A stretch of DNA of 64,000 nt. It comes from Macrostomum hystrix (taxonomy: Eukaryota > Animalia > Platyhelminthes). The position numbers and the translations under genes were made by a program. The notes under the pieces were generated by a model. That model made no database searches. It was given only the letters and a program-made list of their open reading frames with translations, and was not told the origin of the DNA. Location: positions 1,054,001-1,118,000 of the forward strand of contig CATNEN010000029.1 of the NCBI GenBank assembly GCA_950097015.1, written 5' to 3'. Shown one piece after another: positions 43,133-56,200 of this stretch; the first letter of the stretch is position 1; each line of letters opens with the position of its first letter.

Positions 43133-46100
43133 ATGGTAAACGGTCCGCCAGTAGTTTCTATCATGCAACAGCAGCAGCTGCCGCCGCAGACTCCGCTAGC
43201 GTCGACATCCGCTCTGTCGACTGCCGCCTCCGGCGTAGCATCGGGCGCTCTCGGCGGCGACTTAATAGAAGAGGGTTTACAATTCCTGGAGCCATTTGTC
43301 CAATCGGAGCGCAGCTATCCGGATTTGGCCACCCTGCTAGGCGGAGTCGGCGATCGAGTCACCCTTAGCGGCACCGACGTGGCCGCCTATCCGGCCTGCC
43401 CTAACGGAGCCGGTGGCGAGGTCTCCATCTCTAGGGTGACGCCGCTGCCGGGCGAACTAATGGAAAAGCTGGGCGCCATGCAGAGCAACTGCCTCATGGG
43501 CGTGTTCCCTGAGGCTAGCCGGGCTTGGCTAACAGTCGATAGCGAATTCTTTTTGTGGAACTACGAGGACGGCAGCGATTTGGCTTATTACGACGGCCTG
43601 CAGGACGCCATTGTTGCCGTTGGCTTTGTGCAGCCAAGGCGCGATGTATTCCCAGCCGAGGTGCATCACCTGCTGTGCCTGGCAACACCGTTGGAGCTGG
43701 CTGTACTTGCTGTCAGCTATCAATCTGGCCAGGTGCACCTGCAGGCTGAGCCATTGATGCGGCTGCCAACAGACGGCCAGGTTGTCACCTGCATTGAGGG
43801 CAGCCGGCTGACTGGCCGACTGTTTGCCGGCACCCAGTCCGGCTGCCTGCTGGAGGTGGCCTACGAAGAGCGACGGGTCGGCTGGCTTAGCGGACAGTAC
43901 ACGGTGCGAACATTAGAGTGCATTGCTGATAGCAGCTGGTTACATTATGAGGATCAACAGACTGAATTCTAAAAATCTGGGGAGTACATTCTAGGAATCC
44001 GTAAAGTACCTTCTAGGAATCCATGAAGTATTTTCTAGGATCGTGAAGTACATTCTAGGAATTCGTGATGTGCATTTTTGGAACCCGTAAAGTGCATTTT
44101 GGGGATCAGCGGAGGGCATTATGGGATCATTCTTAAAGATCACGTAGGGATCACTTAGGCTAAAATGATTGAGATGAGATTAAGATTCTTCTAATTTCGA
44201 AAACTCCAGGTGCAAGGCCGGCTCATCAACCACAGCGTGTCCAGCCTCTCCCGCCTAGTCCCCAGCTTCATCAGCAGCCTGGCTGCAGCCGACGATCCAA
44301 TATGCCAGGTGTGCGTAGACGACACCCGCCGTCTGATTTACACCCGCTCGCAGGAGTCCACAATCGTCGCTTTCGCAATGTCCGCTGAAGCCGGCGACAC
44401 CGCGGCCAGGCGGGTGGCGGCCCTTCGAGGTCCGGACATTGCGGCACAGGCAGCACGCATCGCCCACATGGTTGATCGCAGCTGCCTAACAGGCATCGTT
44501 CACCTGTCACCATTAACTGGCCAGCATTCGGCTATGCTCTACCTGATGGCCGTCACTGGCTCGGGCGTGCGCCTGTACTTTGACTCTCGTCTGCGCCTCG
44601 TACACGTTCGCCTGGGACCGATGTGCCCCAGCCTGCCGAGACTGGCCGACATCCGGCTGGCTGCCGAGAGCCGTGGCACTGTGCTCATGCTGGCTAGCCG
44701 GGGCGAAGATAGGGATACTCTGTATGTACTCAGCCCGGATCCGTTTCCGCGCAGGCCGCATTTGCAGGTGAGTCATTGGGATCCGACTTTATGAACAGCC
44801 TCCTTATTGGGATCTGATTCTGAAAACGGCCTCCCTATTGGGATCATATTCTAAGGAACTGGCCTCCTCATTGGGATCAAATTCTAAGGAACTGGCCTCC
44901 TCATTGGCATCTGATTCTGAAAACGGCCTCCTTATTGGGATCTGATTCTGAAACGGCCTCCTTATTGGGATCAGATTCTGAAAACGGCCTCCTTATTGGG
45001 ATCTGATTCTGAAAACGGCCTCCTTATGGGGATCATATTCTAAGGGACTGGCCTCCTCATTGGGATCAGATTCTAAGGGACTTGCCTCCTTATTGGGATC
45101 ACATTCTAAGGGACTGGCCTCCTCATTGGGATCAGATTCTAAGGGACTGGCCTCCTTATTGGGATCACATTCTAAGGGACTGGCCTCCTCATTGGGATCT
45201 GATTCTAAGGGACTGGCCTCCTTATTGGGACTGTCTTCAAATTCGTATCTGCCCACGCACTGGCCTACAGGAGGCCTGCAGCGTCGCCTGGCCGCCCGGC
45301 CGCGCCTGGATCATGTGCGGCCTGCCCAGTCCCCAGTTGGACTATCGCGACATCGGTATAGACCCGCAGCTCCACGACGGCCCGCTAGTTGGCCGGCCCT
45401 ATCCGCCCGTGTTCCTCACCCAGCACGTGGATCCTGTGCGTCGTTTTCTACTAGTGTCCGTGCACGGCCTAGTCCTGCTTGAGCTGCAGACTCCTCTAAT
45501 GCGATTGGCCGGCCTACTGGCAGCCAATCAGCCGGATTCCCGGCCGGTGGCGGACTGGTTTGGCCACTTCGGACCTGAGGAGAGCAGCTGCGTCTGCCTG
45601 ATATTGGCCTGCTGCGACAGCGACGACCTGGTCAGGGAGCGAGCTTTGGCCGCTGTTATGCTTCACGGAACCGTTGCTGCTGCCAGGGATGGTGGGTTTA
45701 TCGTCTCATTGTCATCTTCTGTCACCCTCTCAGATCCTCATATTGATAGTAGCCACCATCTCAGATCCTCATATTGATAGTAGCCACCCTCTCAGATCCT
45801 CATATTGTGACCGCCTGATCCGCCTTATTTACAATCTCCCACTGCAGCCGCCATGGCCGCGGCAATCGATCGTCAGCAGCCTGGAGCTGCAGTCCCATCA
45901 GCCGCAGCTGCAGCAGCGGATCCTTCCGTCAACGTCCTGCTCTGCGGCCTGTCCCGCTACGCGGCCCGAGTCCTGCTGCCGCTCTGGTACAGTCCGATTG
46001 TGTCAGAGCGGCGCGGCTGTTTCCTAGTCAGCCGGCTGGAAGCGGACGAACTTGGCTGGTTCTCGTCTCACCTGACCCACCTGTTCCGCTTTGTGCAGTC

Positions 46101-49100
46101 CAACCTGGCACAGCTGAGCGCCTCGGCTAGGGGTCGAGTTGAAGCCGAGAGCCAGCAGAGGGCCTACAAACTGTTGCAACTGATCTCAACTAATCTGGAA
46201 CTACTCAACCTATGGAAACTGCTGGCCGAGCATCAGTTCTATTTGGTTGCCAGGTTCGCAACAGTTTTGTTTTAATTTAATCAAATCTCATATCAGAGTT
46301 TTTAGACGCTATAACTGCCGCATTTTCGCTTCTAGACGCCTCACTGAGGACGAACGCGCACACCTGCGAGGTACTCGCTTTCGCGACCTACTCCTAGCCA
46401 AGAATCGCCTACTGCTCAATCGCCTAATTGCCTGCCTGCTTGAGCACTATCTAGCCGACAGTGCTAGCGTTGACAGTATATCCAATAAGCTGCAGGAGGC
46501 CTGTTCGTCGCTCTACACACCGCAGGACGCCCTATGCGCCAAGGCCAACGAGCTGCTCCAGTCGGCTGCTGGCGAGACGCCAGATCGTCGTCCGGGCCTC
46601 CTGGTCGAGGCTGGCCGCCTCTATAGAGAGGCCGGTACCGCCGTCAGCCTGGCGGACGTCCTGCCAAGATTGGAGGCTCTGCAGGCCTACGAGACCATGG
46701 CCGGACTGTGCCTAGCCCTGGCCAAGCAGTGGGATCCTCAGGTGAGCCTCGGCTCCCAACTGAAATTTATCCCAATTGGTTGCCTCTGTTATCTCACCTG
46801 ACATTGTCCCAACTGGTTGCCTCTGTTATCTCACCTGACATTGTCCCAACTGGTTGCTTCTGTTATCTCACCTGAGATTGTCCCAACTGGTTGCTTCTGT
46901 TATCCCACCTGACATTGTCCCAACTGGTTGCTTCTGTTATCTCACCTGAGATTGTCCCAACTGGTTGCTTCTGTTATCTCACCTGACATTGTCCCAACTG
47001 GTTGCTTCTGTTATCTCACCTGAGATTGTCCCAACTGGTTGCTTCTGTTATCCCACCTGACATTGTCCCAACTGGTTGCCTCTGTTATCTCACCTGACAT
47101 TGTCCCAACTGGTTGCTTCTGTTATCTCACCTGACGTTGTCCCAACTGGTTGCCTCTGTTATCCAACCTGACATTGTCCCAACTGGTTGCCTCTGTTATC
47201 CCACCCGACATTGTCCCAACTGGTTGCCTCTGTTATCTCACCTGACATTGTCCCAACTGGTTGCCTCTGTTATCCCACCTGACATTGTCCTGTCCGATTC
47301 TCTCCGCTCCGACCTGTTCTCCCAACACAGGTTCCTTGTTCTGATTTTATTGTTCACCTGTCCACCCTATTTGGCATTCTTTTAGGACCGCGCCTTGCAT
47401 TTCACACGCGAGGGCCGCAAGCCGCACACAGAAGCGGACGCTGACGCGGTCAGTGGTCGCTACGGCTGCTACCAGGCCCTGCTGGACATCTGCTCCCGAC
47501 TGCGCCGAGCCGCCACCGGGTCTGGTCCGGCCGCCGCTGCGGTCTCCGCGGCTCCGTCCACGCCGCGGCTCGGCGTTGGGCCGACTCAGTATTCCACCGC
47601 CGCTGCTGCGGCTGCAGCGGCCGCCGCCGCCGCTGTGTCATCGCAGTCGCCAGCCAAAGCGCAGCAGGGCCAGCACGAGATGGCGCGCGTGCTAGACAAT
47701 GTCATCCGGGTGAGTAGGGCTGAGCAGATTTACAGATTTTCAGTTAGTAATAGGAAGTGGTAAACTAGGTAAACGACAGGAGTAGATATGCTTTGATTTA
47801 AGTAGTTAAATGCCGCGTCATCTAATTACAGTTAGATTTGGTGGCAGAGTGATTAACGCGTTTGCCTCTAGCACCAAGGTCCCTAAGTTCGATTCCACGG
47901 TGAAGCCGCATTCATTTGGGGGCGCAGCCGCGGAGAGAAGGCTTGGGGCTTGTTGTGCAATTTACGCCCTTGAGGGCCAACCTCCAAGGCACAGTGAAGT
48001 GTACACTGCCTGACGATGAGAAAGTCAAGGCAGATGTACACACCTGCGTGAGCGTATGCCTGCGTACAGTATCTGTGTGCGTGTGTGCTCAGGAGTCAGC
48101 GGAATGGGCAGAATTGCCTCCTCGCTGGCTGTGGGTCTAGTGTCACCAAATGATGTGCCATTGCCCGCAGCCCTCCTGCAATTATTATTATTATTATTAA
48201 CCCTCTATGGCGAATCCATGTTGGTTCAAAAAAGAAAAAAATTTAATCATTACAAAATTGTCAACAATGATAGCCGCCATGGTTACATGATGGCTTTTTG
48301 TGAGCAGAAAATTGTCCCTATTTTGGTAATTTATGCATGGCGATTCGTTGAACATTTCAGGAGATACTGAAAACGTAAAAATGTGGCGATTTGAAATGCC
48401 TCCCTGTGGTCCTTCTACTGCTAATTATGTCCTAAAAACCATTATCCAGGTAACACTCAGCTCAGACGATATGCTGGCCCACTACGAGATGTTCAATTGG
48501 CTAACCCAGCACGGCCTAACTGACCAGATGCTCAGTCACGACTCGCCCCACCTGGAGTCCTACCTGCGCAATCGGTTGCGCAAGACGCCCGAGGATCAGC
48601 AGCTACGCGAGCTACTCTGCCGGCATTTGAAACGCTGCGGCAAAGTGCTGGAGGCGGCCAGAATCCTTGAACACCTGGCCTTGGCCCCGTGCGAGACCGC
48701 CGACTTGGCGCAGCGCCAAGCCTACCTGGCCCAGGCCATTGTTGACGCCAAGAGCCGGCCAGGCGAAGGCATCGGTGAACTGCTTCAACAGCTGGAGGAC
48801 GAGCTGGACACAGCCGGGGTTCAGGCCGCCGTTCTTGAAGAGCTTCAACAGCGTTATCCTCAGTCGGCCGCCTCGCCCGAGATGATGGAAGCTGTGCGCC
48901 GGCTCAACAGCCAGCTGTTCCCCCTGACCGAGCTCTACGCCGAGTTCGCCGCTCCGCTCCGCCTGCCGCTGGCCAAGCTGCGCATTGTCGCCTCGGCCGG
49001 CCATCGGGATCAGGCGCTGGTGGCGCAGCTCTGGGAGGAACTGCTAGATAGGGAGCTGGCCGGACCTGCCGGCTTCAGGGCCGTGCAACAGACCTTGGCC

Positions 49101-50372
49101 AGGTGGGCTAATAATTATAATAATAATAGTAATATTTGCAGGAGGGCTGCGGGTAATGGCACATCATTTGGTGACACTAGACCCGCAGCCTGCGAGGAGG
49201 CAATTCTGCCCGTTTCGCTGGCTCTTACTTACGCGCACTGGTGTGTACACCTGCCCTGACTTTCTCATCGTCAGGCAGTGTACACTCTCACTGTGCCTTG
49301 GAGGTTGGCCCTAAAGGGTGTAAATTGCACGACAAGCCACCAAGCCTTCTCTCCGCGGCTGCGCCCCAAATTAATGTGGCCTCGCCGCGGAATCGAGCAT
49401 GTTTCCGGGTCAATTATTGCATTCGCAATTCTTCGCCTTCCAGACTAGGCCGCGCCTACTCGGGCGGCGCCAACGGCGAGGACTTCTTCCCGGCTGCCCA
49501 GATTGTCGCCTCCCTGGAGAAGCGCGCTATCGAAGCCAAACTAGAGGAGGGCTGGGTGGTGGCGGCTTTCTGCCAGTTCGACTATCCGCTGCACAGGCTA
49601 GCCCAGGCCTACGATCAGCTGCTGCGTGCCCGGGCCGGCGACCCCGTCTGGCAGGGCCTGCGCGGCTATCACCAGCTATTGCGCAGCGTCGTCTGCCTGC
49701 TGGCCAGATTCCTCAAGGCTGCCGACTCCATGCCGGCCAGGAATCGGTGAGTCCTCTTGCTTTACCTGTGCCGTTGTCTCCTACTCCCTGTGCCATTATC
49801 TCCTACTGCCTGTGCCATTATCTACTACTGCCTGTGCCATTATCTACTACTGCCTGTGCCATTATCTCCTACTGCCTGTGCCATTATCTCCTACTGCCTG
49901 TGCCATTATCTCCTACTGCCTGTGCCATTATCTTATATTCCCTGTGCCATTATCTCCTACTGCCTGTGCCATTATCTCCTTCTGCCTGTGCCATTATCTC
50001 CTACTGCCTGTGCCATTATCTCCTACTGCCTGTGCCATTATCTCCTTCTGCCTTTGCCATTATCTCCTACTGCCTGTGCCATTTTCGGCACTTCCCAGTG
50101 CCATTCTCTCCCTTTTCCTGTTCCAATCTCTCCTATGCCTCTAGCTTTCCCTCCTATTCCCTCCCCAATAATCTCTAGCTATCACAATACCATTATACTG
50201 CGGACTTTATAGGATGAATCGCCCTCAATTCCGCAGGCAGCGCACAGCGTCCCAATTCCTGGACATGATTTCATCCTATCAGGTGGATCTGCGCAGTCAC
50301 ACGGACGCCATGTCTGTGAATATTAGTCAGCGACTAGCCCAGATTAGAGACGATTTGGCTCGGATGGCCTAG
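43133..50372 (+). CDS. NUP155: Nuclear pore complex protein Nup155, 9 exons, about 1325 aa
   Basis: Exons 43133-43903, 44210-44767, 45271-45691, 45848-46253, 46336-46741, 47386-47709, 48450-49102, 49444-49746, 50237-50372; phases all consistent with no frameshift. Motifs: MQSNCLMGVFPE.SRAWLTVDS..FLWNYEDG.DLAYYDGL, LATP.E, CRLINHS-like, D..R.LIYTRS, L.LWKLL.EHQF, LY...DA.C.KANELL, D...HY.MF.WL, SP.LE.YL, L..QLF..TELY.EFA.P..L...KL.I. Confidence 0.93.
44773..45228. repeat. 33-bp minisatellite filling NUP155 intron 2
   Basis: Unit ctcct(t/c)attgggatcagattct(aagggact/gaaaac)ggc, about 14 copies. Confidence 0.95.
45722..45808. repeat. 31-bp x3 repeat in NUP155 intron 3
   Basis: Unit ctctcagatcctcatattgatagtagccacc. 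Confidence 0.9.
46780..47290. repeat. 37-bp minisatellite filling NUP155 intron 5
   Basis: Unit cctgacattgtcccaactggttgcctctgttatctca, about 14 copies. Confidence 0.95.
47839..48199 (+). mobile_element. SINE family A near-complete copy in NUP155 intron 6
   Basis: gtggcagagtgattaacgcg, aagttcgattcc, complete body and 3' domain, (ATT)n tail. Confidence 0.88.
49110..49399 (-). mobile_element. SINE family A copy, 5'-truncated, in NUP155 intron 7
   Basis: Reverse complement from the B-box region (ggaatcgagc) to the tail (taataatag..tgcaggagggctgcggg). Confidence 0.85.
49775..50085. repeat. 22-bp minisatellite in NUP155 intron 8
   Basis: Unit ctgcctgtgccattatctccta, about 14 copies. Confidence 0.95.
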
Positions 50373-50666
50373 TCTGTTCTCGCCTCTCTACTTGTTACAT
50401 TTGTTTAAAAAATATTATCCCTTATTTGGCACAATTATTTTTGCCTTTGTACAACCGGTACAATTTTAATATAGTATGATGCCGATCGGAAATATAAAAA
50501 GTACATTCTCAAACTCATTTTACCGTATCCCGATAATAAATATAAACTATAAATTGCAGTTTTACATTTCAAGTCGTAAAGACAACAGTTAACAATTATT
50601 ATTCTCAAACGAACCGTTTTCGTTCAGCAGTTTAGTGCAATGCAAATCAAAGCAAATTGGTTTGAT

Positions 50667-51201
50667 GGTTTACTCCCGATTCGCCGATTCCCGATTCGCC
50701 GAATCCCGATTTGCCGAAATTCCCAATTCGCCGAATTCCGTCTTTGCCGAAAAAAATCCTAAGAACATTTTTTGCTGAGCTACCGTACCTCATTACACTT
50801 TTACTTTCGGCTCTACAAGGATGTCCAGCAAGTTTTGCTTTTCCCGAAGTACGTGTGATGTTCTAATTTGCTCACTCAATCTACGTTCCAGAAAGTTAAT
50901 ATAGTTTAGAAGCAAGTTTACAAGTTAATGAATGAAGAAAGTGCATTTTATTTAAGTTAAGTTTTTTAATTAATTTCAATACAATAGAAATAGAGTTCCA
51001 ATGTTTGACCAACACTCAAAGAGGGCAATGGTTGTGTGGTTTAATTTTAATTTATGATAAAGTAAGATGTATTGAATCAGGATTCAGCGAATCAGGATTC
51101 GAGTCAGGAATTTCGGCGAGTCAGGAATTTCGGCGAGTCAGGAATTTCGGCGAGTCAGGAATTTCGGCGAATCGGGAATTTCGGCGAATCGGGAGTAAAC
51201 C
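50667..51201. mobile_element. Foldback/MULE-type MITE (535 bp) with subterminal tandem repeats
   Basis: Perfect 21-bp terminal inverted repeat ggtttactcccgattcgccga / tcggcgaatcgggagtaaacc, followed by tandem ggaatttcggcga(a/g)tc units. Flanking 9-bp near-duplication tggtttgat / tgatttgat. Confidence 0.8.
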
Positions 51202-51774
51202 TGATTTGATATTTGATTTGATCAAGTGGATCTGTTTGTGTTATCAAATAATTTCCGATAATTATGCTAGTTGAATTCTCTTTAGTACACTTGGACATGC
51301 TAGCTATTTATTAATTTTCCTATTAAATGTAGTTTTTTATTTTTATTTATATATGTAACTTGACCTGTTTAATAATTTGAATTAAGTGAACGAAATACAC
51401 TTGCGACTGAAAATTCTAAGCTTACAATCCTGCATTTGAAAACAATAATCATAAAAAGTAAGTGATTTGTGCGCTGATAAATAACAGTACTAATAGTAGT
51501 TATGATTGTTTATTTCTCCGTTTAATAAATAGGCTTGAGTGTTCAGAATGATTTAATGAAAATAAATTTAATTGCTATTGCCATAAAATTACTTTTTATA
51601 CTCTGCAATTATAATTTAATTAAAATGCTGCCTTCTGTTGTAAAATACTGTATTGAATCTGGTTCTAAATAGTTATATTAAAATTTTGCTTCTCGAAATC
51701 CTTTCTTACTTGTCTAAATTTTCTACTTTTCTCTTTCTCGATTTGATTGCTTACCTGTGTTGCTTTCCTTTCCT

Positions 51775-52890
51775 ACACTTTCTTTCTTCAGATTTTCCCA
51801 TCATTTCTTCAGGTTTTCCCATCCTTTTTTCAGATTTTCCCATCCTTTCTTCAGGTTTTCCCATCATTTCTTCAGGTTTTCCCATCCTTTTTTCAGATTT
51901 TCCCATCCTTTCTTCAGGTTTTCCCATCATTTCTTCAGACTTTCCCATCCTTTCTTCAGACTTTCCCATCCTTTCTTCAGGTTTTCCCATCATTTCTTCA
52001 GGTTTTCCCATCATTTCTTCAGGTTTTCCCACCCTTTCTTCAGATTTTCCCATACTTTCTTCAGGTTTTCCCATCCTTTCTTCAGATTTTCCCATCCTTT
52101 CTTCAGATTTTACCATCCTTTCTTCAGACTTCCCCATCCTTTCTTCAGATTTTCCCATCCTTTCTTCAGATTTTCCCATATTTTCTTTCGATTTTTCCAT
52201 CCTTTCTTCAGATTTTCCCATATTTTCTTTCGATTTTCCCACCTATTCTTCATATTTTCCCGTCATTTTTTCATATTTTCCCATCATTTTTTCAGATTTT
52301 ACCATCCTTTCTTCAGATTTTACCATCCTTTCTTTAGTTTTTCCCATCCATTCTTCAGATTTTCCCATCATTTCTTCAGATTTTCCCATCTATTCTTCAG
52401 ACTTTCCCACCCTTTCTTCAGGTTTTACCATCCTTTCTTTCGTTTTTCCCATCCATTCTTCAGATTTTCCCATCATTTCTTCAGATTTTCCCACCTATTC
52501 GTCATATTTTCCCGTCATTTTTTAATATTTTACCATCATTTTTTTCAGATTTTACCATCCTTTCTTCAGATTTTACCATCCTTTCTTTAGTTTTTCACAT
52601 CCATTCTTCAGATTTTCACATCCATTCTTCAGATTTAATCCCATCATTTCTTCAGATTTTCCCATCATTTCTTCAGATTTTCCCATCCATTCTTCAGATT
52701 TTCCCATCATTTCTTCAGATTTTCCCATCCATTCTTCAGATTTTCCCATCTATTCTTCAGATTTTCACATCCATTCTTCAGATTTAATCCCATCATTTCT
52801 TCAGATTTTTCCATCCTTTCTTCAGATTTTCCCATCAATTCTTCAGATTTTCCCATCATTTCTTCAGATTTCCCCATCCTTTCTTCTGCT
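51775..52890. repeat. 21-bp pyrimidine-rich minisatellite between NUP155 and SUMF1
   Basis: Unit ttcttcagattttcccatc(c/a)t, about 50 copies with variants. Confidence 0.95.
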
Positions 52891-52919
52891 TTTATCTCCA
52901 TGAAGTTAAACCAAGTAGA

Positions 52920-53102
52920 CATGAGTTCGAATCTCACCCCCAGAGAATGCAATCTGCGACCTAGAGTTAAGACACTTTAGATTCCGATAGCTTCAGTTCA
53001 ACTAGCTCTGAAATGAGTACCAGCATCAACTGAGGAGAGTCCCCAGTCCACGGACTGCACGCAATAGCTGCCACGCAATAGCTGCGGCTGTGCCAGTGGC
53101 AA
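52920..53102 (+). mobile_element. SINE family B-related degenerate copy
   Basis: gagttcgaatc B box, aagacact, gcttcagttca, aaatgagtaccagcatca, ccccagtccacggactg, gcaatagctgcggctgtgc. Confidence 0.5.
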
Positions 53103-53247
53103 AATTGTTTTGGGTGTCATCTAATTAAAATTGAGATTCCAATTAAAATCTGAGTCTTATAATGGGCCTGTCGTTTGTCGTTTGTTAGAGACAAGTTCGA
53201 TCAAGCCAAAAGCCCAAAAGCGCGCGGCAATTCAACTTTGCTTCCAG

Positions 53248-56200
53248 ATGCCCAATAACATAATGATTGCGGCAGCCATCGCGCTAGTTGTCTCAATCTG
53301 GACATCAAAAGCGCCTGCCGCCTCTGCTAGCTGCGGCTGCGGCCTTCCTGCCGCCTCCGCGATCTCCGCTTGTCCCGCCGCCTCCGTCGACATCATCGCC
53401 TGGTCGTTGTCAAGGCGTCCCAACTTCACTGTTGCCATGACAACCGTGCCCGCCGGCGTCTACACTGTTGGTACAGACGCGCCCGAACTGCCGCAGGATG
53501 GCGAGTCACCGGCCCGCCGGGTACATTTTCGGCGGCCCTTCCGGTTAGACGTCGCCGCGGTGACGCGCGGCCAATTCGCCGAGTTCGTCCGGGCCACCGG
53601 TCACCGGACCGACGCCGAGCTGGCTGGCGAATCGTTTGTCCCGGACATCCTGGTCGACGCCGACACATTCAGCGATCCGGCCACGGTGCCCGGCCGAGTG
53701 GCCAATGCGCCTTGGTGGCTGCCGGTGCGCGGCGCCAACTGGCGACGTCCGGTCGGCCCGCAGCACCGCAGATCTGCACCGGCACCGCCGGGACACCCTG
53801 GTGAGACATTTATGCCCTAAAGCTGTCATTCATCTTATTGTTTTTTCCTTGCCTCCTCCCCATTATCTCACTCCCTTCCCATCCTCCCCCTATCTTTCTA
53901 ACCCTCCCCATCTCTCCCATCCTCTACCATCTTTCCCATCCTCTACCATCTCTCCTATCCTCTACCATCTTTCCCAACCTCCACATTTTTCTCATCCTCT
54001 GCCATCTTTATCATCCTCTCCGTTCTTTTCCATAACCTCCAATCTCCTCTGCCACCACATTTCCCATCCTCTGCCGCCTTTCCCATCCTCTGCCGCCTAT
54101 CACATCCTCTGCCGCCCATCACATCCTCTGCCGCCTATCACATCCTCTGCCGCCCATCACATCCTCTGCCGCCCATCACATCCTCTGCCGCCTATCACAT
54201 CCTCTGCCGCCCATTACATCCTCTGCCGCCCATCACATCCTCTGCCGCCCATTACATCCTCTGCCGCCTATCACATCCTCTGCCGCCCATCACATCCTCT
54301 GCCGCCTTTCTCATTCTCCCCATCTTTCCCATCCTCCCCATCTTTCCCATCCTCCCCATCTTTCCCATGCTCTGCCGTCTTTCCCATCCTCTGCCGTCTT
54401 TGCTGAACGCATTTCTGAAAGCGCTCTCATAATCTTAGCAGACGATCCTCTGCGCCACCCCGCTGTGCATGTCAGCTGGCGCGACGCGAACGCCTACTGC
54501 CGCTGGCTCGGCAAACGGCTGCCCACTGAGGACCAATGGGAGGCCGCCTGCCGCGGCAACCTGTCCGACCGGCTGTTCCCTTGGGGCAACGCGCCACTGC
54601 CAGCTGGCCGGCACCGCATGAACATCTGGCAGGGCGAATTTCCCAGGCTGAATACTGCCCTTGACGGCTACGTTGGCACTGCGCCGGTGAGAAGATTTGC
54701 CAGTTTTTACTCTTTATGTGCTACTGTTAGTAGGAGATCAAGTAGGTTGGATAATTTTTGCCTTTTCTGGTGAAAGTACGTTGCGTCATTTATTAAAAAG
54801 TTCGTTTTCAACAAAAATATTTATAATAAGCACACAAAAAGTGAACATAAAGATGCTCGCAACCTTACATAGACAAATTGAGGGAAATTAAGAGGCTAGC
54901 AGACAAATTAACGGACTAAATGACAGATTAGCAGACAAATTAACGGACTAAATGACAGATTAGCAGACAAATTAACGGACTAAATGACATGTTTGCATAT
55001 AAATTAACGGGCTGAATGACAGGTTAGCATATAAATTAACGGACTAAATGACAGGTTTGCAGACAAATTAACGGAATAAATGACAGGTTAGCAGACAAAT
55101 TAACGGAATAAATGACAGGTTAGCAGACAAATTAACGGACTAAATGACAGGTTTGCAGACAAATTAACGGACTAAATGACAGGTTTGCAGACAAATTAAC
55201 GGACTAAATGACTGGTTTGCAGACAAATTAACGGACTAAATGACAGGTTTGCAGACAAATTAACGGACTAAATGACAGGTTTGGAGACAAATTAACGGAC
55301 TGAATGACAGGTTAGCAGACAAATTAACGGACTGAATGACAGGTTAGCAGACAAATTAACGGACTAAATGACAGATTAGCAGACAAATTAACGGACTGAA
55401 TGACAGGTTAGCAGACAAATTAACGGACTGAATGACAGGTTAGCATATAAATTAACGGGCTGAATGACAGGTTAGCAGACAAATTAACGGACTAAATGAC
55501 AGATTAGCAGACAAATTAACGGACTAAATGACAGGTTAGCATATAAATTAAGGGACTAAATGACAGGTAAGCACACAAATTAACGGACTGAATGGCAGAT
55601 TAGCAGATAAATTAACGGACTGACAGGTAAGCAGATAAATTAACGGACAAAATTACATTTTGGGTTGACAAATGAGATAACGGGGCACTTATTTTGTCCG
55701 TCAAAAGGCTACAAGGCAGAGAAGTGTAGTCTGTATAGATAATTCTTTCATTCTATTATTTTTCCTGTTTTTTTTAACTTAGTCCTGTCGCCCGCTGCCA
55801 AGGTTGTACTTACTGTCGGCAAGTGATAGCTAAAAATAAATAGGCCTGTACTCAGCTAACACTAAAGGTGTTTTGTACGTACAGCGGACACAGAACGGGT
55901 GGGTAGGAAGCATTGGGGTAGGATGGTACCCACCTCACCCACTATATTCTTTCTGCCGTCACCTGTCTTCCACTAAATAAATAATATCGAGAAGAATTTA
56001 AATGAACAATGAACTCCATTGTACTTCAGTTGAAATTTCAATCAAATGACAATTGTACGTCTGTGTGTTTATATACAACTTCTTAGTGTTAGTATATTGA
56101 TGCCAGTGAGTATAGAGATGTCAGTGAGTATGTAGATGTCAGTGAGTATGTAGATGTCAGTGAGTATCTAGATGTCAGTGAGTATCTAGATGTCAGTGAG

